From: Gemmatimonadales bacterium
GTDB lineage: Bacteria > Gemmatimonadota > Gemmatimonadetes > Gemmatimonadales > GWC2-71-9
NCBI GenBank assembly: GCA_041613315.1
Contig: JBFJHJ010000005.1
Span: 43,997 to 107,996, forward strand
DNA: 64,000 nt
Reading direction: 5' to 3'
Made by a program: the position numbers and the translations under genes. Under the pieces are notes generated by a model that saw only the letters and a list, made by a program, of their open reading frames with translations, did no database searches and was not told the DNA's origin. Shown piece after piece: positions 58,981 to 64,000 of this stretch; the first letter of the stretch is position 1, and every line of letters starts with the position of its first letter.

Positions 58981-61512
58981 ATGCGCCGCTTCCCAGGCTT
59001 GTTCCCCCGGCTGTTTGCCACCACGCTCGCCGTCGCCGCCGTCTGGAGCCTTCCCGGCGTGGCGACCGCTCAAGAGACCGGGACCGTCACGGGCCGCGTC
59101 ACACGGCAGAGCGACGGCTCGCCGCTTCCCAGTATCACCGTGAGCGTCGCCGGCACCGGGATCAGCACGGTGACCGGTACCGACGGCCGATACACCCTGC
59201 AGCGGGTCCCAGCTGGACCGCAGACCGTCGCGGTCCGCCAGTTGGGCTACCGCGGCGCCGAGCAGACGGTCGCCGTGGTCCCCGGGGCCAGCGTCACCCT
59301 CGACATCACGGTGGATGTGCAGCCGGTGACGCTCGCCGAGGTCGTGGTCTCGGGCGCGTCGCGGGTGCCCGAACGTGTCGTGGAGGCGCCGGCGGCGATC
59401 ACGCTCGTGAGCCCCGGCACGCTGCGGGACATGTCGGTGACCGGCCAGGCACCGCTGGCGCTCAGCCGCATCCCCAGCGTGGACGTCGTGCAGAGCGGGA
59501 TCTACGACTTCAACGTGAACACCCGTGGGTTCAACTCCTCGTTGAACCGCCGCATTCTCGTGCTCCAGGACGGCCGGGACCTGGCCATCGCCTTCCTCGG
59601 CTCGCAGGAGTGGTCGGCATTCGGCACGGCCCTGGAGAATACGGGCCGGGTGGAGATGGTGCGGGGGCCGGGATCGGCCCTGTACGGCGCGAACGCGTTC
59701 ACCGGCGTGCTCAATATCATCACGCCGCCGGCGCGCGACGTGGCCGGCACAAAAATCACGCTTGCCGGTGGCGAGCTGGAGACGTTCCGCGGCGACCTCC
59801 GGCATGCGGGCGTGTTCGGCGAAGGCCGCTTCGGCTACCTGATCAGTGGCGGCTACAACCAGAGCGACACCTGGTCCCGGTCCCGCACGCTGCTCGACGG
59901 CACGTCCCTCCGCGGCGAATACGCCGGAGCGACCGACTCGGTGGTGCCACTCGGCGGGGAGCTCCGGCCGTTGAACGGCGAAGGGAAGGATCCCGCGACC
60001 GGCGCCCCGACCGGCGACCACAGGAACCTTCAGCAGATCTACGGCGTCGGCCGATTCGACTACTACGCGCCGGGCGGCGCGATCCTCACGATGGACGGCG
60101 GCGCCACGCGGTCCACGAACGAGGTCTTTGTCACGGGCATCGGCCGCGTGCAGGTGCTGGAGAGCCTGCGCCCCTGGGCGCGGACCGCCTGGGCCGCCCC
60201 CCGGTACAACGTGATGGCGTGGTACTCCGGCCGGAACTCGCTCGAGCCGCAGTACTCGCTGGCCGCCGGCATCCCACTCGAGGAGTCGTCGGCGATCTTC
60301 CACGCGGAAGCGCAGTACAACCGCGATTTCGCCGGCGACCGGGCACGGGTCGTGGTCGGAGCGTCGGCGCGCAACTACCAGCTCGACACGCAGACGACGC
60401 TCATGGCGCCGGAGAACGACGACCGGAGCGACAACTACTTCGCGGGCTACGCGCAGGTCGAGGTCAAGATCGTGCCGCAGGTCAGGCTCGTGGCTGCCGC
60501 GCGGGTGGATAAAGGCGACCTGTTCGAGGCGCAGTTCTCGCCGCGCGGCGCGATCGTGGTGAGCCCGTCGCCGGATCACTCCATTCGGTTCACGGTGAAC
60601 CGCGCATTCCAGACGCCGAACTACTCGGAGTTCTTCCTCCGCGCGCCGGCCGGAGCGCCCGCGAACTTCTCGTTGCTCGAGGCGGGCCTGCGGGCGTCAC
60701 CGCTGGGGCCGGCGCTCGCGGGGGTTCCCAACGGCCAGTTGTTCACGACGTCGTCCGCCGTGCCCGTGTTGGCGCTCGGCAACGGCGGCCTCGACGTCGA
60801 GCACATCACGGCGCTGGAGCTGGGGTACAAGGGGCAGTTCACCAACCGCGTGTTCGTGTCGGTGGACGGCTACTGGAATCGGCTCACCGACTTCGTGACG
60901 GACCTGCTGCCGGCAGTCAACCCCGACTTCGGCGCGTGGACCTCGCCGGAGCAGGTGCCTCAGGCGTTCCGCGGGGCGCTGGAGCAGGCCGTGCGCGACC
61001 AACTCGTGGCGGCGGGCCAGGCGCTCGCGGCGGCGGGGCTCACCCGCCTCGCGAACGGCGCGACGGCCATCGTCGTGTCCTATGCGAACGCCGGGAAAGT
61101 GAACGAGTGGGGGATCGAGTTCGGGCTGGACGTGAACGTCACCGACGAGTGGCAGCTGAGCGGCGGCTACACCTTCTTCGACTTCGACGTGAAGCAGCAA
61201 CAACTGGGCGACGTCCTGCTGCCCAACACGCCCAAGCACAAGGCCACGGCCACCGTGGCCTACCGTGGCCGCCAGGGGTTCGACGCGAGCGCCGCCATCC
61301 GGGTGGTGGACGGGTTCCCATGGGCGGCGGGCGTGTTCTCCGGCTACATCCCGGCGCGGCAGACCGTGGACGCGAGCGCCGGGTACGCGGTCAACAACAA
61401 CCTCCGCGTGCACGTCACCGCGACGAACGTGCTCGATCAGCGGCGGTTTCAGATCTTCGGCGGGTCGGTGATCGGCCGCCGTGTGATTGGCGGCGTCACG
61501 GCTACGTTCTAA
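58981..61512 (+). CDS. TonB-dependent receptor with N-terminal carboxypeptidase-regulatory-like domain
   Basis: Signal peptide; EVVVSG, RGF, EMVRGPGSALYGANAF..VLNIIT; NVLD; terminal Phe. Confidence 0.93.
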   Translation: MRRFPGLFPRLFATTLAVAAVWSLPGVATAQETGTVTGRVTRQSDGSPLPSITVSVAGTGISTVTGTDGRYTLQRVPAGPQTVAVRQLGYRGAEQTVAVVPGASVTLDITVDVQPVTLAEVVVSGASRVPERVVEAPAAITLVSPGTLRDMSVTGQAPLALSRIPSVDVVQSGIYDFNVNTRGFNSSLNRRILVLQDGRDLAIAFLGSQEWSAFGTALENTGRVEMVRGPGSALYGANAFTGVLNIITPPARDVAGTKITLAGGELETFRGDLRHAGVFGEGRFGYLISGGYNQSDTWSRSRTLLDGTSLRGEYAGATDSVVPLGGELRPLNGEGKDPATGAPTGDHRNLQQIYGVGRFDYYAPGGAILTMDGGATRSTNEVFVTGIGRVQVLESLRPWARTAWAAPRYNVMAWYSGRNSLEPQYSLAAGIPLEESSAIFHAEAQYNRDFAGDRARVVVGASARNYQLDTQTTLMAPENDDRSDNYFAGYAQVEVKIVPQVRLVAAARVDKGDLFEAQFSPRGAIVVSPSPDHSIRFTVNRAFQTPNYSEFFLRAPAGAPANFSLLEAGLRASPLGPALAGVPNGQLFTTSSAVPVLALGNGGLDVEHITALELGYKGQFTNRVFVSVDGYWNRLTDFVTDLLPAVNPDFGAWTSPEQVPQAFRGALEQAVRDQLVAAGQALAAAGLTRLANGATAIVVSYANAGKVNEWGIEFGLDVNVTDEWQLSGGYTFFDFDVKQQQLGDVLLPNTPKHKATATVAYRGRQGFDASAAIRVVDGFPWAAGVFSGYIPARQTVDASAGYAVNNNLRVHVTATNVLDQRRFQIFGGSVIGRRVIGGVTATF

Positions 61513-61622
61513 CGCCGTAGCACGCGCGCAAGACGCCCGGCGGCGGGGTGACGGACGGAGCTGTTTGTCGATTCCGTCCGGGCACCTCGCCACCGGGCGT
61601 GGTCATCCCCCGCCGCCGCGGT

Positions 61623-63257
61623 TCAGTCGCCCAGGACCTCCTCTACCCGCCGGGCCAGCTGAGCCAGAGTCCACGGCTTTTGCATGAAGGGGACCGTTGG
61701 GTCCACACCGCCGCGCTCGCTCACGTCGTCCGGCGCGTAGCCGCTCACCATCAAGAACCGGACCGCGCCGTTCTCGGCACGAACCGCCCGGTACAGCGAG
61801 CCACCTCCCATCTTGGGCATCACCACATCCGAGAGGATGAGGTCAATGTCCGACTCGTGCTCCCGGTACAGCATGAGGGCCTGCTCCCCGTCCGCCGCCA
61901 CGAGCACCCGGTAGCCCAAACGCTCCAGTGCGCGCTGCGCGGCGCGGCGGAGCGCGGGGTTGTCTTCCGCCAGTAGCACGGTTCCGCTACCGGTCCGGAG
62001 CGGCTGCCGGTCGGCCGTCAACCCGCCCTCCGGCCGCACCGCCGGGGCCGCGAGTTCCGGGAAGAACAACTCGACCGTCGTCCCGACGCCTGGGCGGCTC
62101 GAGAGTTGGATCGCGCCCCCGTGCTGGCGCATGAAGTTGTAGGCCAGCGTGAGACCCAAGCCGGTGCCCTTGCCGGCGGGCTTTGTCGTGAAGAACGGCT
62201 CGAAGACACGCGCCAGCGTGGCGTCGTCCATCCCCACGCCGCTGTCGCGCACCGCGATGCCGACGAACGGGCCGGGCTCGATCCACGGGTTCGCGCCGCG
62301 ATCCGCCTCCGTGAGCGCCGCCCGACGGACGCTGACGTCCATGCGGCCGCCCTGCGGCATCGCGTCTCGGGCGTTGGTGATCAGGTTGGTCAGCATCTGC
62401 TGTACGGCATTCACATCCACCCGCGCGGCGCCTACCTCGCTGCCGGTGTCGACCACCATCTCGATGTCCGCCGGCACAACGCGCCGCATCATCGCCACAA
62501 TCTCGCCAACGACCGCGCGGAGATCGGTGGGCGCCATGGCCAGAGTGTCGCGGCGCGTCAGGCCGAGCAGGCGCTGGACGAGATTGGCGCCGTTCTCCGC
62601 GGCCGAGCGGATATCTCGCAGGAAGCTCGCGAGCTCGACGCGATCCGCGGGGTCCGCGAGGTCGGCGGACGCAGCGAACTCACAGTTGCTGAGGACCACC
62701 GACAGCACATTGTTGAAATCGTGCGCCACCCCACCGGCGAGGCGCCCCACCTCCTCCAGTTTCTGCGCCTGGCGGAGCTGGGCCTCGAGCATCTCCCGCT
62801 CGCGGTCGCGGAGCTGCGTCAACGCCCGCTCGACGCGCTTGCGCTCCGTGATGTCCTGGCACGTGGTAACCACGCCGATCGGCTCGCCCGCGGCATCCCG
62901 CACCACATCCGACAATAGCTCGACGGGGAACTCGCTCCCGTCCTTCCGCACGTTGACGCTCTCACGCTTCCAGCTAGTGAGTGTCCGCAGCTCTTCCCTC
63001 GTGAGTGGTGCGCGCTCCCCTTCCGACGCGAAGACGGCGACGCTTCGGCCAAGAAGCTCGCTCACCGTGTAGCCGTGCATGGCCGCATCGGTCCGGTTCG
63101 TGTATACGATCCGGCCGTCGGGATCGGTGATCGTCACGCCAAGCTGCATCGTCTCGAGCGCGTGGCTGAGGCGGTGCAGGGTGTCCTGGGACGCCGCCGG
63201 CAGATCCGAGGACCACGGCGTTGGCTTCACGGGATGGCTGTCCATCGAGTTATCCAT
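61623..63257 (-). CDS. PAS hybrid histidine kinase
   Basis: PAS; GGVAHDFNN; HATPase; receiver. Confidence 0.92.
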   Translation of the reverse strand: MDNSMDSHPVKPTPWSSDLPAASQDTLHRLSHALETMQLGVTITDPDGRIVYTNRTDAAMHGYTVSELLGRSVAVFASEGERAPLTREELRTLTSWKRESVNVRKDGSEFPVELLSDVVRDAAGEPIGVVTTCQDITERKRVERALTQLRDREREMLEAQLRQAQKLEEVGRLAGGVAHDFNNVLSVVLSNCEFAASADLADPADRVELASFLRDIRSAAENGANLVQRLLGLTRRDTLAMAPTDLRAVVGEIVAMMRRVVPADIEMVVDTGSEVGAARVDVNAVQQMLTNLITNARDAMPQGGRMDVSVRRAALTEADRGANPWIEPGPFVGIAVRDSGVGMDDATLARVFEPFFTTKPAGKGTGLGLTLAYNFMRQHGGAIQLSSRPGVGTTVELFFPELAAPAVRPEGGLTADRQPLRTGSGTVLLAEDNPALRRAAQRALERLGYRVLVAADGEQALMLYREHESDIDLILSDVVMPKMGGGSLYRAVRAENGAVRFLMVSGYAPDDVSERGGVDPTVPFMQKPWTLAQLARRVEEVLGD

Positions 63258-63741
63258 CCGCCCGACCGCTCGCGCGGGGCACCGCGGTCGGGAGCAGGGC
63301 CTGAAGCTGCTCGCGCAGCTCGTCCAACGTCCACGGCTTCGCGAGGAACGGGACGCCGGGGTCGAGCTGGTCCCACCCACCCTGACCGCGGGACGGGTTC
63401 CCGCTCATCATCAAGAACTTCACCTCGCGGTCGCCGCCGTCACGCACCGCGCGATACAGTTCGCCCCCCGACATCCGCGGCATCGCCATATCCGAGAGAA
63501 TCAGGTCGATCTCGGTGCCACGGGCGCGGTAGATCTCGAACGCGTCCTGGCCGTCCGCCGCGACGAAGAGTCGAAACCCCAGCCGATCGAGGACGCGGCC
63601 GGTGAGACGCCGCACGTCCGGATCGTCGTCGACGACCAGGATCGTCTGGCGAGGTCTCCCGGGATCGCCGACGGACCCACGATGCCATTGGGCCTCATTC
63701 CCAGGCGCGCGTTCCGGTGTCGGTCTCGTCATCAGACTCAT
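63250..63741 (-). CDS. Single-domain response regulator
   Basis: ILVVDDD, SDMAMP, MSG, KPW. Confidence 0.88.
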   Translation of the reverse strand: MSLMTRPTPERAPGNEAQWHRGSVGDPGRPRQTILVVDDDPDVRRLTGRVLDRLGFRLFVAADGQDAFEIYRARGTEIDLILSDMAMPRMSGGELYRAVRDGGDREVKFLMMSGNPSRGQGGWDQLDPGVPFLAKPWTLDELREQLQALLPTAVPRASGRADG

Positions 63742-63751
63742 AGCTCCCTCG

Positions 63752-63949
63752 TTAGCTGCCGGCCGGAGGCCGGCTGGCTGACCCCTGTTTCGGGGTGCGC
63801 TTGGACTCTCGCGGCACCGCCTCCCGCCATGCGAAGTGCCGGTCGCAGGACGGGCAGATCACCCATGCCCCCAACACGTCTTGCCGCACATGCGTCGTGA
63901 CCGAGCGGCAGTGGGGGCACTGCAGTCTCATCTCCTGTTGCTCCGGCAT
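63752..63949 (-). CDS. Small zinc-ribbon protein
   Basis: CPHC and CPSC pairs. Confidence 0.55.
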   Translation of the reverse strand: MPEQQEMRLQCPHCRSVTTHVRQDVLGAWVICPSCDRHFAWREAVPRESKRTPKQGSASRPPAGS

Positions 63950-64000
63950 AGGTCCGGTCCTCCATTCCATCCGGTGTTCCCGCCTTGCAGCACGGATAGA

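Overview
A gene-dense, very GC-rich bacterial chromosomal window. Gene content (many PAS hybrid kinases, TonB receptor, futalosine-pathway MqnD, GSI-alpha-like GlnA, archease-RtcB) suggests a diderm organism, possibly Gemmatimonadota; this is inference. It holds about 65 CDS and one tRNA-Cys. No CRISPR array, rRNA, transposase or prophage was seen. Main candidates: (1) a possible RRNPP/Rap-Phr-like peptide-signalling cassette at 20.4-23.3 kb. It comprises a cytoplasmic TPR protein, a convergent 56-aa exported peptide carrying the octapeptide SGSQNSGT twice with divergent codons, and a divergent AraC regulator preceded by a 21-bp-period direct repeat, next to an orphan FimT-like pilin. (2) A Cys-rich leader peptide with attenuator geometry upstream of sulfurtransferase, a SufU-like gene and tRNA-Cys. 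(3) A ~425-nt hairpin-tiled transcript with its own promoter and terminator that I could not assign to a known RNA. (4) A CutF-like CxxxC/PPP arrest uORF whose Pro codons pair with the downstream Shine-Dalgarno. (5) A Cyc2-like cytochrome-porin beside a small c-type cytochrome. All calls come from reading motifs by eye; no database searches were run.
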